Source of the DNA: Alloascoidea hylecoeti
Lineage: Eukaryota
Length of the DNA stretch: 64,000 bases
NCBI GenBank assembly: GCA_001600815.1
Contig: BCKZ01000020.1
Coordinates: 1-64,000 of the forward strand
Direction: 5' to 3'
The notes under the pieces are model-generated. The model had not been told where the DNA came from. It did no database searches and saw nothing but the letters and a program-made list of their open reading frames with translations. Of the stretch, positions 11,645-24,522 are shown one piece after another (the stretch's first letter is position 1; every line of letters starts with the position of its first letter). A program made the translations under genes and the position numbers.

Positions 11645-14279
11645 ATGTTGAGGGCTCGTTGTTTGGCATCTTCTGGGTGTTCATCTCCCTTTTTGGTCTC
11701 CAGATCCATCATGGGATATAACTCTAGATATAAACCCAGTACTTTAAGTTCAAACCTTAGGTATGTTTCCAAACGGTTTAATACTTCTGATACAAAAGGT
11801 GATCCCAATTCAAATATGACAGAAATTCAAAAGGAGAGAATTGTTGAAGAAGAAGAAAATGCAAATGCAACCGGTGTTATTGAAAAAACTTACAAAGAAA
11901 CATTGATGTTTTTCAATAGTATGTTTCATATTTTTCTTATCTTTGAGTTTATGTGACTAACGTTTAAATTTGTTAATAGATGTCTATCCAAAACAACAAG
12001 TATCATGGAAAATCCCAAGATGGTTTTTAAAAAATGTAACAAAATTAACAAGTGAAGAGAAAATAAAATCAAAAATATCTTCCTGGGCTATTCCATCTAC
12101 TTTATCATCAACTGTTCAATTAACTTCTTTAGTACCAGTTATTCGTGATGGTGGCGCTTTTATTAAATTTACAGTACCAATTGATATAAATGAATCTGAT
12201 TTACATAAAAAAATCATGCTTAATTTATCTAAAAAGCCACATGGTCCTTGGTTTAATCCATTGGCAACAATTAAATGTTTTCCTGTTATTGGAAATCCAT
12301 GGATTGAAGATTTAAAAAGATTCCCAAGTAGAAAAGTAAAAGTTATTTTCCAAGGTCCTGATTTAACAGAAGAAGAATTATATTCACAATTGAGAAGATA
12401 TGGTCTTATTATTGATATAATACCTCCACCACCTGGTACAAAAGAATTACCTAGATCCGCAACTGTTATTTTTAATAAACTAGGTGATGCTATCGTTGCA
12501 AGAAATTGTATCACTGGTTTAAAAGTTAATGAAACAAGACTTCATATAATGTATGCACCAATTGAAAAAGTTCATATATTTAGAGATTTTTTTAAATCAC
12601 ATCCAAATATTTTTATACCTGCTACTTTATTTTTATTAGCAGCATTAGCAGTACTAATATTTGATCCAATAAGAACATGGTGTATTGAAAGTAAAATTTC
12701 AGGAACTTTTAATTTTAGTAAAGATGGAAGTAAATTAAAATTTTTAATTGATAAATTACATCAATTACAATCAATTTTACAAGAATTTTTTCATTTGAAA
12801 GTTGTTAAAATTGATACAAGAGTTTCTCATTTATGGCAAGATCAAATTAATAAAATTCATGATATTAATTTATGGTTAAATGAAAATATGTCAACATTTA
12901 TAATTGCAAAAGGTCCAAAAGGTACAGGAAAACATAATGTTATATTAAATCATGCGTTAAAAGGTCGTAAAAATGTTATTGTTATTGATTGCGATAAATT
13001 AATAAAATCAAGAACTGATTCTGAATTTATAAGTAATTCTGCAAAACAAATTGGTTATTTTCCTGTTTTTCCATGGTTAAATTCAATTGCAACATTTATT
13101 GATTTAATTGTTCAAGGTTTAACAACAAAATCATCTGGATTTGCTGAGTCTCCTGAATTACAGTTTAAAAATATGTTATCATTATCATTGTATTCAATTC
13201 GAAATATATCATTAAGACATTTTAAATCTGTAAAATCAATAGATTCTGACAATAATAATTTAAAAGAAGATGATTATTTACAACAACATCCTGAAGAAAA
13301 ACCTATAATAATAATTGATCATTTTTCAAGAATTAATGAACATTCATCAACAAATCATGATTTTATTTATAAAGAATTAGCTGAATGGGCAGCAACTATT
13401 GTTTCAACAAAATTAGCTCATGTTATTTTTATAACTGATGATATTGGTGCAACAAAAGATTTAAGTCTTGTTTTACCACATGAAGTTTTTAAAACTGCAA
13501 CTTTTGGTGATGCAACACAAGAAGCAGGTAAAAGATTTGTATTAAAACAATTATCAAAAAATGATAAAATTAATGGTGGAGATGAGAAAGATATTGATGA
13601 TAATTTACTTGAATCTTCAACTAAATTAGAACCAAGGATATTAAAAGGTATAGAAGAAGCAATGGAACCACTTGGTGGTAGAATGTTTGATTTATCAGCA
13701 TTTATAAGACGTGTTAAATCTGGTGAATCACCAGAATCTGCTGTTAAAGATATGATTCATCAAACTTCAGAAGAAATTGTTACAAAATTTATAACAAGAG
13801 AAAATAATGATTGGAATGGATCACAAGTTTGGTCATTAATTAAAAAATTATCAAAAAATCAATTAATTTCATATTCTGAATTAATTTTAGATCCACATTT
13901 TAAAAATCAAGAATCTTCATTATTTGCATTAGAAAGAAATGAATTAATTACAATTACAAGACATTGTGGTTTACCATATAAAATAAGTTCTGGTAAACCA
14001 TTATTTAGAGCTGCTTTTAAATCATTAGTTAATGATTTTCAAGTTACAACACAATTAGAAATTAATGATTTAGAATGGTTAATTAAAAATCATGGAACTA
14101 AAATTGCAATTTATGAAAATGAAATGGGGAAATTAGGTGAAAGTGTTGATAGAAAAGAAGTTTGGATTAGAATGAAATATTTAGGTGAAAAAATTAATTT
14201 ATTACAATTAAATGTTAATAAATATGAAAAAGAATTATCAGAGCAAAAGAAAAAATTATTAAAACATTTAAATAATTAA
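11645..14279 (+). CDS. YME2: Mitochondrial inner-membrane escape protein 2; 2 exons (11645-11918, 11980-14279)
   Basis: Presequence-like N-terminus. Intron 11919-11979 (GTATGT..GACTAAC..TAG) joins FFN|NVYPK in frame. RRM region (PWIEDLKRFPS..LTEEELYSQLRRYG), a TM segment, and a P-loop-like GPKGTGK domain. Confidence 0.92.
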
Positions 14280-14321
14280 AATTAATTTTATCAATATATA
14301 TATATAGGTATATATATGAAC

Positions 14322-17300
14322 TTAAATATTTAATCTATAAAAAGGATGTGCTTCAGTATTAAAAACAACATCATCTAAACTCCAAACCTCAGGATCTTCA
14401 AATAATAAATAAAAATATTTTAAAGTTTCAGCAAGCCAAAAACTTTCCATTGAATCTTTATAAATATAATTTAATAAATTTTTCTTTAATAAATCATCAT
14501 TATTTTTTGATCGCAATAAAATTGAATTAATCCATTCTTTTGGATAATCAATTAATAAATTACTAACATCATTTAATCCTGCATAACCATTTTCAACTTT
14601 ACAATATTTATTTATATTTTTAAAAATTTTCCATCCAATTTCTTGCCATTTTGAATCCCCAGTAATTCTATACATATAAAAAATTGATTCAATTGCCTCT
14701 GGTCTTAATTGATACATTGGATCATGTTTTTTAGCCCATAATGGTTGATTAAATGAATCTCCTGTTCTCCACCCTATTGTTCCATCATCATTTATATTTA
14801 ATGGTGTCCATGCAGATCTAGGTGGTTGTCCTTCCCGAGGAATACCTTTTGGATAAACAGGTCCTGTTTGTGCTTTGTTTATAGGAGGTAAATCTTTATC
14901 TTCATTGTTAGGATCAAAATAAGCACGTTTATGAAATTTAGATTCCAATTGATCAATATCTTTATTTTCAAGATTAGTATTTTCAATTCCTTCTCCTTCT
15001 TCATCTGAAATGGGTGTAAATATTTTAGACAATATTGATGGTTCATCTGAAATTTCAACATTATCAAATTTTTTTGTTTGTATAACAATCTCTTGTCCAT
15101 TTTTATCATACTGTGGTTGATCTGTCTCATCTGATTCTGTTTCCTTCATGATTGGATCGATGATATAATCATCAAGACTATCTTTCGAAACATCCATGTT
15201 TGAAGTAGAAACTGAACTTAAGTCTCTGTCTACAGTCGGGCTTAATTTTTTCTTTGAGGATACTCCATCATTTTTTTTAGCAATTGACTTCTTTGCTTCA
15301 TACTTGCTTACTTTTAAATCGTCAGATTTTATCTTTGATGATTCATCCGCAATTTTAGTACTATCAAATTTTCTTTTTTGTACGGGAATTTCGTTTCCAT
15401 CTTGATCATACTTCAATTGAGAAGATTTCTTATCAGCCTTATCTGTATATTCTTCCTCAAAGGTTGGATCAATATCAAATTTACTCTTTGGAACATCCTT
15501 CTTTAAAGTAGAAACTGAACTTAAGTCTGTGTCTTCACCCGAGCTCAACTTCTTTTTAGAGGACAACCCATTATTAACAATTTGCTCTTCTTCTTCATAC
15601 TTGGTTACTTTGAGATTGTCAGATACTATCTTTGGATTTATATAACCGTTTGCTTTATCATCAATTTGTATTTCATCGTCTTCTATTTTTGAACTCAATT
15701 TCGATGAGCTCTTTGATTCGTGAGAAACATCAATACTCGATTTTGATTCATCAATTAAAAGATCACCATCATTTTGTTCCTTCATCATTTTCTTTGCAAT
15801 CTCAAACACAAGATCAATCAAAAGTTCATCTTCCTTTAAACTTAAAATTGATTCGTTTTTATCTATTTTCTTTTTATTCACTTTTTTATCATAATCTTCA
15901 AGACCTTCAGCACCAGATATAGATTTTACAATATCCCTTTCATTCCAAATACAATCTTTACCTTTTTTGCATTCATCAGTTATTATACTTTCTGCCATTA
16001 TACCTGTATTTTCATTAAGATATAACCAAGCACAACCATTTGTAAAATTTTCAGCTAATTTTAAATCATTTGGATTATTTAAAATTTTTGAACCCAATGC
16101 AAACATACCACCAGCAAAACATGATAAATGTGACATTTCTCTATTATTAACAGGAACAATTTGTGTTGTTCTTTTACCATTTTCATCTGTATTTGTTATT
16201 TTATTAGCCCTTACTGTTCCAGTAAATAAAATATTATTTTCATTGATTGGTATTAAAGGTTTAAATAATAAATGTTCTTTAATTGATGCTAAAGCATTTT
16301 CATATAGACTTTTATAATTATTTAATTGTTTTTCATCATTTGTATTAATCATTAAAATATATTGTTTAATAAAATATTCATAAACTGAATCCGATAAACC
16401 ACCTAATGAATAAGTTTGTGAATTGGTGCTAGATCTTAAACCAGTTGGATAACAAGTTTTTTTTCTAATTTTACCATTATTTAATATCGAAACAGCTTCA
16501 TAAGGTTTACCACCATTTATAGAAGATTCAGTTCCTGTTACATCACATCCAGATATATCCATATGAACTGGGAATAATCCAGGAATATCTGATTTTTGAT
16601 CGTTTTGAAATTTCACTAATCCTTCAGTAATTCTAGTAATTGCATCATAATAAGCAGGATCACCAGTTAATTCAGACATTTTTGTAAATTCTAAACTTAA
16701 TGAACCAAATTCAGATAATGTACCACTTGTAGAAGCATGTTTTAATTGTTTTGTATCAATTGATTTCCATCTATAATACAATAATGGCATTCTATTTGGT
16801 GTATCAAATGAACCTAATAAATTTTGTCCCAGTTCAACTGCTTTTGATAATAAAATTTTATGATTTTTATTAGTCATTTCATATGATGAAATTAAACCAC
16901 CTAAATATCTAATTGTTGTTTCAAAAATTGGTATATCATCTCTAAATGAAGTCGTGAAATCAATTTTTGATAAAAATTCTAATGATTTATTAAATTCTGT
17001 AGTCATATTTAATAAAATTAATGAATCTAATGAATCAATTATTGTTGCTGACCAACCCATAAATGGATCATCAAATTTGTTTGTTATTGGTTTTAATTCA
17101 TCATGACCCCAGGCATAATGTTTATAACCATTCCATGAATGTTTAAACGCTTCTTTAATTCTTAGTAATCTATAAAGTCGAATTTTTTCTGATTCAGGTG
17201 TTTTTTTTTCAAATTTTTTAGATTGAATTTCAATCTTTAAATTTTTATTGTTATTTAAAGGTTTTGGAAAAGGAATCAAATTTTCAACTGGATAATTGTC

Positions 17301-17975
17301 TATACGTTTTTGATAAATATGTTCTTTAGATGAAAAATCAGGAGGTAATTGGCTTTTTCCACGACGTGAAGCCCCCTTTTCTTTCCCAATTGTAGGTAAA
17401 TTGTTATAATCTGTAGGTGTATCTTCAATTTTAGACTCGGGTGAAGGTCTAGGTGCATCAAAATCTATATTATCTGTCACTTCTTTTTCTTTTTCTTTTT
17501 CTTTTTCATCTGATTGAGAAGAAGCCGAAAGTTTTTTATCAACTTCAACTTTAACGGGTTTTAATTCGGATTCCGATAATGGTTTATCTCTTTCAGTTGA
17601 AAGTTGTTGTATTCGGGCCTTTGCTTTAGCTGCTTCGATTAATTCAATATCTTCTTCTGTTGCAAATGGGGGGATGTTCTGTTTTGTTTTCAACTCCAAT
17701 CCTTCTTTGGTTTCATCTGGTTTTAACTCTTGTAGGGGAGATTTTGTATCCAAACCAGCATCCTTAAGTTTTAAAGTTTCAAGTTCTTGTTTGGAGTTAT
17801 GGGCCAATTGAGCATTTTGCATGGCAGCCATAGATGCACCATCGTAAGCGTCAACGGATGTCGAGGGGAACGTGCAAGAGATGGAGTAGAGCACCAGAGT
17901 GAAAATCAGAGCCAGGGCCACATAAGACCGATACCTACGAAGTTTGTGAAAAAGTAGCAAAACTTCTGGTATCAT
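14322..17975 (-). CDS. MNL2: GH47 alpha-1,2-mannosidase (Mnl2-like) with N-terminal membrane anchor and a large internal insertion
   Basis: KEAFKHSWNGYKHYAWGHDELKP, FETTIRYLGGL, DSVYEYFIK, HLSCFAGGM, YQLRPEAIES, MESFWLAETLKYFYLLF, VFNTEAHP. The GH47 call is firm; orthology to MNL2 is a best guess. Confidence 0.75.
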   Translation of the reverse strand: MIPEVLLLFHKLRRYRSYVALALIFTLVLYSISCTFPSTSVDAYDGASMAAMQNAQLAHNSKQELETLKLKDAGLDTKSPLQELKPDETKEGLELKTKQNIPPFATEEDIELIEAAKAKARIQQLSTERDKPLSESELKPVKVEVDKKLSASSQSDEKEKEKEKEVTDNIDFDAPRPSPESKIEDTPTDYNNLPTIGKEKGASRRGKSQLPPDFSSKEHIYQKRIDNYPVENLIPFPKPLNNNKNLKIEIQSKKFEKKTPESEKIRLYRLLRIKEAFKHSWNGYKHYAWGHDELKPITNKFDDPFMGWSATIIDSLDSLILLNMTTEFNKSLEFLSKIDFTTSFRDDIPIFETTIRYLGGLISSYEMTNKNHKILLSKAVELGQNLLGSFDTPNRMPLLYYRWKSIDTKQLKHASTSGTLSEFGSLSLEFTKMSELTGDPAYYDAITRITEGLVKFQNDQKSDIPGLFPVHMDISGCDVTGTESSINGGKPYEAVSILNNGKIRKKTCYPTGLRSSTNSQTYSLGGLSDSVYEYFIKQYILMINTNDEKQLNNYKSLYENALASIKEHLLFKPLIPINENNILFTGTVRANKITNTDENGKRTTQIVPVNNREMSHLSCFAGGMFALGSKILNNPNDLKLAENFTNGCAWLYLNENTGIMAESIITDECKKGKDCIWNERDIVKSISGAEGLEDYDKKVNKKKIDKNESILSLKEDELLIDLVFEIAKKMMKEQNDGDLLIDESKSSIDVSHESKSSSKLSSKIEDDEIQIDDKANGYINPKIVSDNLKVTKYEEEEQIVNNGLSSKKKLSSGEDTDLSSVSTLKKDVPKSKFDIDPTFEEEYTDKADKKSSQLKYDQDGNEIPVQKRKFDSTKIADESSKIKSDDLKVSKYEAKKSIAKKNDGVSSKKKLSPTVDRDLSSVSTSNMDVSKDSLDDYIIDPIMKETESDETDQPQYDKNGQEIVIQTKKFDNVEISDEPSILSKIFTPISDEEGEGIENTNLENKDIDQLESKFHKRAYFDPNNEDKDLPPINKAQTGPVYPKGIPREGQPPRSAWTPLNINDDGTIGWRTGDSFNQPLWAKKHDPMYQLRPEAIESIFYMYRITGDSKWQEIGWKIFKNINKYCKVENGYAGLNDVSNLLIDYPKEWINSILLRSKNNDDLLKKNLLNYIYKDSMESFWLAETLKYFYLLFEDPEVWSLDDVVFNTEAHPFYRLNI

Positions 17976-20163
17976 CGTATATGGTGTTGTATATTACTAA
18001 CAATACGAGGACGGGATGTCAATGCTCGTACATCCCAACACCTAACATCAGCTCTAGCCATGTGGTTCAGATTTAGATGCTATTGGTAGTTTTCATTGGT
18101 TGAAATTGTTGCCGAGCTCAAATCTAGACGGGACTCATGAAGATTCTTCATGGTCGACAACAGCTTCTGTTCCAGTTTGGCTTGAGCCCTGAAGGATGGG
18201 GAAATTTGTAATGAGCTAGGTTAATGTTATGTAATCAGGGTTTCTCGATCTCGAGGGAGTATCACCATTCTAGCTACGTTTTTGACCCGAGAGAGATTCT
18301 CATGGTATTCTATCTATTTAGCAAATATATTTATTTTAAAACATTTTGAAAGATCTCTATAGCAAGTTCACGAACGTATAATTACGGAAACCCTAATAAA
18401 CCGCGTGCTGTAATATACGCATTTCCTGTGATATTTCAGACCGCACACTATAAATGTAAAATTTTCTTCACCTCCTTTTAAAAAAATTGAAATTTTCACT
18501 AATATGGTGATTAAGGGTAAGTTTTACGAGTTCTTATTTGAGAGTCCAAAAATAACAATGAATCGGTCGAAGATGATGAATTTGCTAACAGCTAGATAGT
18601 AAGTGATTTTAAAAAAATGATCACATTATGGTGAACAATCTCTGATCAAGCCTTTTCATTGTTATAATTAATCTCCCTCTTTGAAATAATAATAAATTGA
18701 AATACGAAATACTAATTATATTGAATATAGGATTATTTAGCCTTTGGAAATATCATCGTTTACTAAAATAGTTATATTAATTACGTATCTGTTTAATTTA
18801 ATTTATGATCCCCAAATGAATCTTTCTTATCACGTTCACCCTTAACACAATTCCATTAGAAGTACAAGGATGACATTTACACAATGACTAGGTACATTAC
18901 ATACTTGTAACGGTCGTTAAAACACCAAATTAAACAGTTGAGAATTAAAGGGTTCGTGGAAAAAAAACTTCTTATCTAAAAGTAAATCCTAATTTATAAA
19001 TGAGTTTTGAGAAAAACTCCTGGGTTTTTGTTACATCTTTTCAAGTATTTGTGTTATAATCGGATTCTGTTTGAATTAGGATAGCTTACCGGATTCTCAC
19101 AGCCTGCATATATTTACGTGTTACAATCAAATAATGCAATCAATATTGAAACTATCATCGCGATTAAGAAGGTTAAGTTCACCAGACTTTTACAGAATAA
19201 ACTCCACCTTGCTTTGGGTTGAATAACATTATGATCCAGATAGATAATCCAAGGCACCGTTTTCATTTATTTCATGATGAATGATACAAAAATTCTTAGC
19301 TGTAGTTACAGAGTAAGTCCAACATCTGAGAAAAGGATAACAGACTGTTATGTCGAATTTTCCTTCTCAATGAACTAGACTACTTAAATATAAATAAAGA
19401 AGCTTGAATTATATCAATGTGATTTTTTTTATTTTTATTTTTATTTCCACTACTCTACTGTAGCATCACATTAATATTACTAACTAATCATATAAAACAA
19501 AAACTAACTGGCTATATTATTATCAATAAATATGAAATTCTGTAGCTACATTTGAATTACTAGGACAGATCTAGACAGAATTACAAACAATTGGAAATGA
19601 AGCTGAAGTTGTAGAAAATTAGCAGGGCCCTGTGTTAATGCTATCTAAACTGAAACATGATTGACAAGATCTATTGAAAAACTCGTATCAATCATCAATT
19701 ATATATAGGGTTAGAATTTGTTGTTTTACCCCCGAAAGAGATGTAATTTTTCAGGTAAGGTAGAGAGACAAGTGAGTTTAACTTCTTTGATAATCTTATA
19801 ATGGAAGGTATACATGTATATTAACATTCAATTTACTTTCAAATGATGACCTTCGTGGGTTTTCTCTCAAGTTCATCCAAATAGAAGCATCATTAACCAT
19901 ATACCACTTACTCTGATCGTATAAAAATTTTAGGATACGACTTATTATTTTGAAGTTTCTTGATATTGAAAGTTGTAGGTGATGAAGGGATATCTTTTAT
20001 ATTGTAATGCAAAGTTATTTTCAATACTAACCATGAAGCAGAATTAGTTTAACTATTAATATTAAAGCTATAAACTTAATGATATATCCCTTGTCACTAA
20101 TTTTAACTTCATAATTTCGATTCTCCTTTAACATCATTTTAAAATTTATAGTTACTCACATAG

Positions 20164-21193
20164 TGAGATGAGACAAGACATCATCAACGCGTAGTTAATC
20201 TCATCTCATTCATGCTTCATGATCAACAAGTCCAGTCCTAGACTCAGACTTACATAGATTAGTATAAATACATAGGTGATATATTTTGTCTCGTTCCACA
20301 TTATTCTAGTGTGACAGATAATGAGCCAATTTAATGATTGCTTTTCTCAGTTTCATCGAATGAGCACCACATAAACAGTGTCGTTCCGTCCAGTCAAATC
20401 TCTACCTAGTATTTGGGTATTGGCAATTTGGGACCCCAACTTTGGGTTAAATATTCCATTCATATTGTATAAGAATTAGCCAAATGAAAGGTTTCTTTCT
20501 AGGACAATTGCAAACACACTTGCCAGAACTTATACAAGAAGTCTCATCCAATCAGTTCTCCGGTACAAATTGTTAAACGTGCCATCCTAGTATACACATC
20601 CGGAGATAGTCATAGATCCCACCATCTCCGTGATCCAAAGCTCACAGTCTATGTTCCGAAGGTTCCTCACAATTTCCAGCTAGCGCTCCAGAAAATACAG
20701 TTTACCTTTCAAATCTATCCATCTCTATTTTCGGGGTTTATGGAATTTAATAGCTCTACCAACTAGGCATCAAACTACACAGCATACAACATGATCCATA
20801 CTACAGACTTGGATTCTCCACTAACTACAACGTTACACATGTAAATCCAATATTGTATTTCTTCTGACGTCAGAGGCCACAACAATTATTGAAAATGTTC
20901 AACTAAACAGATTCATTCAACAGATCAATCATATTTCACCAATATTAATGGCCAGCTCTACTCATCTGCAATCACTTCATCTACAACACCAATTAGTTAA
21001 TCCACTTTCTTTTTGTATACGTAGTGTAGGGATATGGCACAATGAGATGAGGCATCATCAATGGAGTAAACTACATCTCATTTATATCTCAACAACAGTC
21101 CTAGATTCATATTAGATTAGTAGAGAAATATAAATATAAATATAAATATCGATTTCCTTATTTTAAGATATTTTGTCTCATTCCATATTCCAT
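20164..21193 (+). mobile_element. Decayed LTR-retrotransposon relic: two degenerate direct repeats (~20164-20300, ~21025-21193) around an RT-like remnant
   Basis: Both copies share TGAGATGAG..CATCATCAA..CATCTCATT..CAGTCCTAGA..TAGATTAGTA..ATATTTTGTCTC(G/A)TTCCA. The interior reads, across frameshifts, LQTHLPELIQE / SHPISSPVQIVKR...LQKIQFTFQIYPSLFSGF, reminiscent of the gypsy RT N-terminus. Confidence 0.5.
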
Positions 21194-21862
21194 AATATAT
21201 ATGCCTATAGTTATATCACAGAATGCGTTTAAATTTAGTATTATAAATCCGGATTTCAATGTCCGCGGTCGTTGTTTGTGGATAGGCTACAGACAGAAAC
21301 CAATTTTATGTACCCCTGTTGAAGTTACTAGATTAATAACGAAGGAAAGAAATATGCAACAAAAGATATATGAATTTGTTCATTGAAGCAATATTTGTTG
21401 TTTGTTAACGTTTATTAGAACATTTCAAGTCCTGAAACTTCTAATTCATCATCAAAGTGCAACTAACGGTTTATAATATTTGCTAAAAGAGTTTTTTTCT
21501 CAATCCATAATCCTTACACTAGTTTCTAACTCAAGTCTTATATAAAAAGAGGAGTATAAGATCTTATAGATCAAGCTAAAGGGTCATGTAATTTTGCAGA
21601 ATAATTAAGGGCCGGAATATGAAAAATCATGGTGTGTATGTCAATATATAAATTTCTAAGTTTATCCATGATCTTACACCGCGCGCCGGGAATTGGCACA
21701 GATTACCAGAACTGGACAATGTTTCCCCAACATCAATTACAAAACAATATGTCAAATAAAACCGGTTTTATATGTCATTTCGATACATCATTCTCGAATA
21801 CATGTCAACTAATGGTGGTAAAGCGGAATATTTACACATATTTGGATTTTGTTGTCTCAACA

Positions 21863-21876
21863 TGACTCATGACTCA
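21863..21876 (+). promoter_or_regulatory. Tandem Gcn4-type sites (TGACTCA x2) upstream of GDH
   Basis: TGACTCATGACTCA about 720 nt upstream of the GDH ATG. Confidence 0.55.
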
Positions 21877-22195
21877 TTTGTTGATGATTATATAATATGC
21901 AGTTGTTGAACTAATTATATAATGCATATTGAAAATTTAAATCGATTTAAATTTATTCCTATCCAAGAAGAAGCATTATAATAGTTCTGTATTCAGAATT
22001 TCAGTTATATTATGTATTGAGATATTGAACGACCCAGAAATTTTCTGAAAACAATGATAAATACAAAATTATTACAAATAACATTGAAATTTTCTTCATT
22101 TACTCCACCAATAATGCATATAAAGAACATCGTAATAACATAATATTTTAGTAAAAATCAATAAGATCTTAATTATACATACGACCGACATATTT

Positions 22196-22207
22196 GCCGT
22201 TATCGGC
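22196..22207. promoter_or_regulatory. Leu3-type CCG-N4-CGG site in the GDH promoter
   Basis: GCCGTTATCGGC. CCAAT boxes at ~22329 (reverse) and ~22384, and TATATAAA at 22491, lie downstream. Confidence 0.45.
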
Positions 22208-22587
22208 ATTAGATGCATATTTTCTAAATCCAGTATTTTTTAGGCCCGTAAACAGCAATGCATACGAGTAATATCCTTTAACAAACAAACTTTCTTCCAA
22301 ACCCAAGTTTACCGCAAAAAAGTGCCTGATTGGTTATTGAATATTCTTATCAATATACACAATGGAGTAATTAATTTTTAAGACCAATGGAATTAGAGAT
22401 TGTTATCGAAAAAATAGTTGATACATGAAATTTTAACTTCTAATACAACAACTCTCTCCGCTTTGCCGTTTTTTTTTCTTTCGTTCAAGTTATATAAATT
22501 GCGTTTGATCTCTTCTTTTATTTTCTCTTTTTTTTTTCTTTTTGGTTCTTCAGATAACTTTACATCTTCATTTATATTTATAAAACA

Positions 22588-23955
22588 ATGGTCCAACCAT
22601 CCGAACCTGAATTTGAACAAGCCTTTAATGAGCTCTACTCTTCTTTAAAAGATTCTACACTTTTCGAAAAAAGACCAGAACTTGAGAAATTAATTGAAAT
22701 TGTTTCAATTCCAGAACGTATTATTCAATTCAGAGTTACATGGGAAAATGATAATGGTGAGATTCAAGTTAACAGAGGTTATCGTGTTCAATTCAATTCC
22801 GCTTTAGGTCCATATAAAGGTGGTTTGAGATTTCATCCATCAGTTAATCTTTCAATCTTGAAATTTTTAGGTTATGAACAAATTTTTAAAAATGCTTTAA
22901 CTGGTTTAAGCATGGGTGGTGGTAAAGGTGGTTCTGATTTCAATCCAAAGGGTAAATCCGATAATGAAATTAGAAGATTCTCTGATTCTTTTATGAGAGA
23001 ATTATCTAGACACATTGGTCAAGACACTGATGTTCCAGCTGGTGATATTGGTGTTGGTGGTCGTGAGGTCGGTTTCTTATTCGGCGCTTACAAGAAATAT
23101 AAGAACAGTTGGGAAGGTGTATTGACAGGTAAAGGTTTAACCTGGGGTGGTTCTTTAATCAGATCTGAAGCTACTGGTTATGGTCTTGTCTACTATGTTG
23201 AAAAGATGATTGAATACGCTACAGATGGAAAAGAGTCTTTCAAAGGTAAGAGGGTTGCTATTTCCGGTTCAGGTAATGTTGCACAATATGCTGCTTTGAA
23301 AGTCATTGAATTAGGTGGTACAGTCTTATCTCTCTCTGATTCTAAAGGTGCCTTGGTCATTACAGGTGATGAAGGTTTCACAGTTGAAGAAGTTGAAAGA
23401 ATACAATCCGGAAAGCTTAAATTTGAACAATTAGAACAAATTCACACTAGTTTCAAACAAAATAAATTCAAATATTTAGCTGGTGCTAGACCATGGGCTA
23501 ATGTTGGCAAAGTTGACATTGCTTTACCATCTGCCACTCAAAATGAAGTTTCTGGTGATGAAGCTAAGGCTTTAATTGATGCTGGATGCAAATTCATTGC
23601 TGAGGGTTCTAATATGGGATCCACACAAGAAGCTATCAATGTATTTGAAGCCCATCGATTGGAAAATCCAAATAACTCTATATGGTATGCCCCAGGTAAA
23701 GCTGCAAATGCTGGTGGTGTTGCTGTCTCTGGTCTCGAAATGGCTCAAAACTCTTCAAGAGTCCAATGGACAACAGAAGAAGTTGATGCTAAATTAAAAG
23801 ACATTATGGTAAACTGTTTCAATAACTGTGTTGAAACCGCTAAGACATTTTCTTCGGAATCTGGTAATAGTTTACCTTCTTTAGTTAAAGGTGCTAATAT
23901 CGCTGGTTTCGTGAAAGTTGCCAATGCTATGAAAGACCAAGGTGATTTCTACTAA
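22588..23955 (+). CDS. GDH1: NADP-specific glutamate dehydrogenase
   Basis: [74 protein letters not shown]; strong codon bias. Confidence 0.97.
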   Translation: MVQPSEPEFEQAFNELYSSLKDSTLFEKRPELEKLIEIVSIPERIIQFRVTWENDNGEIQVNRGYRVQFNSALGPYKGGLRFHPSVNLSILKFLGYEQIFKNALTGLSMGGGKGGSDFNPKGKSDNEIRRFSDSFMRELSRHIGQDTDVPAGDIGVGGREVGFLFGAYKKYKNSWEGVLTGKGLTWGGSLIRSEATGYGLVYYVEKMIEYATDGKESFKGKRVAISGSGNVAQYAALKVIELGGTVLSLSDSKGALVITGDEGFTVEEVERIQSGKLKFEQLEQIHTSFKQNKFKYLAGARPWANVGKVDIALPSATQNEVSGDEAKALIDAGCKFIAEGSNMGSTQEAINVFEAHRLENPNNSIWYAPGKAANAGGVAVSGLEMAQNSSRVQWTTEEVDAKLKDIMVNCFNNCVETAKTFSSESGNSLPSLVKGANIAGFVKVANAMKDQGDFY

Positions 23956-24522
23956 ATTATTATGTTTTGTACGTTTTAGAGTGTTGGATTTGAGATGAGT
24001 ATATGGGCATGATATAAAAAATATGAAATTTAAATGATGATAATGTTAAAGTCCTTTTTGTTACTAGTTTTCTATATAGATTTAATTTATAAAATTGATT
24101 ATAATTATAGATAAAAATTATTCATTTTTTAATTCTTTTCCAGTAGTTTTCAAATGAATCAGTTACCCTGGAGTAATATATCCTTATATCCTTATATCCT
24201 TACCAGGACATTCAAAAATGTTACGAATTTCAAACCCAATATGAATGGAATCCGGATCGAATCTACCGAAATTTCAGCTGCAGCGCTAGCTATAGCAGCA
24301 ATTACATCTTCACAAGTTTATAGTTGGATATATTTTATATAATCTTTTGAACATGTTACAGCTTTTGTGTACAGTTTATAATTTGTAATGATATATCAAA
24401 AATAATTGTTGGTAATTATTAGTATTAATGATGACTATGTAATGTATTTATGCAATATTAATTGAATCTTCAGTTTACATTCATTCATGTGGCCAATTAC
24501 AATTAAAACATTTTTATTGAAA

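Noticed and set aside
24150..24320. Possible snRNA/box C/D snoRNA on the minus strand (TATA, GTGAAGA, CTGA, ATTTTTG + stem)
   Set aside because: No U1/U2/U4/U5 signature and no recognisable rRNA-complementary guide; could be a coding relic or chance.
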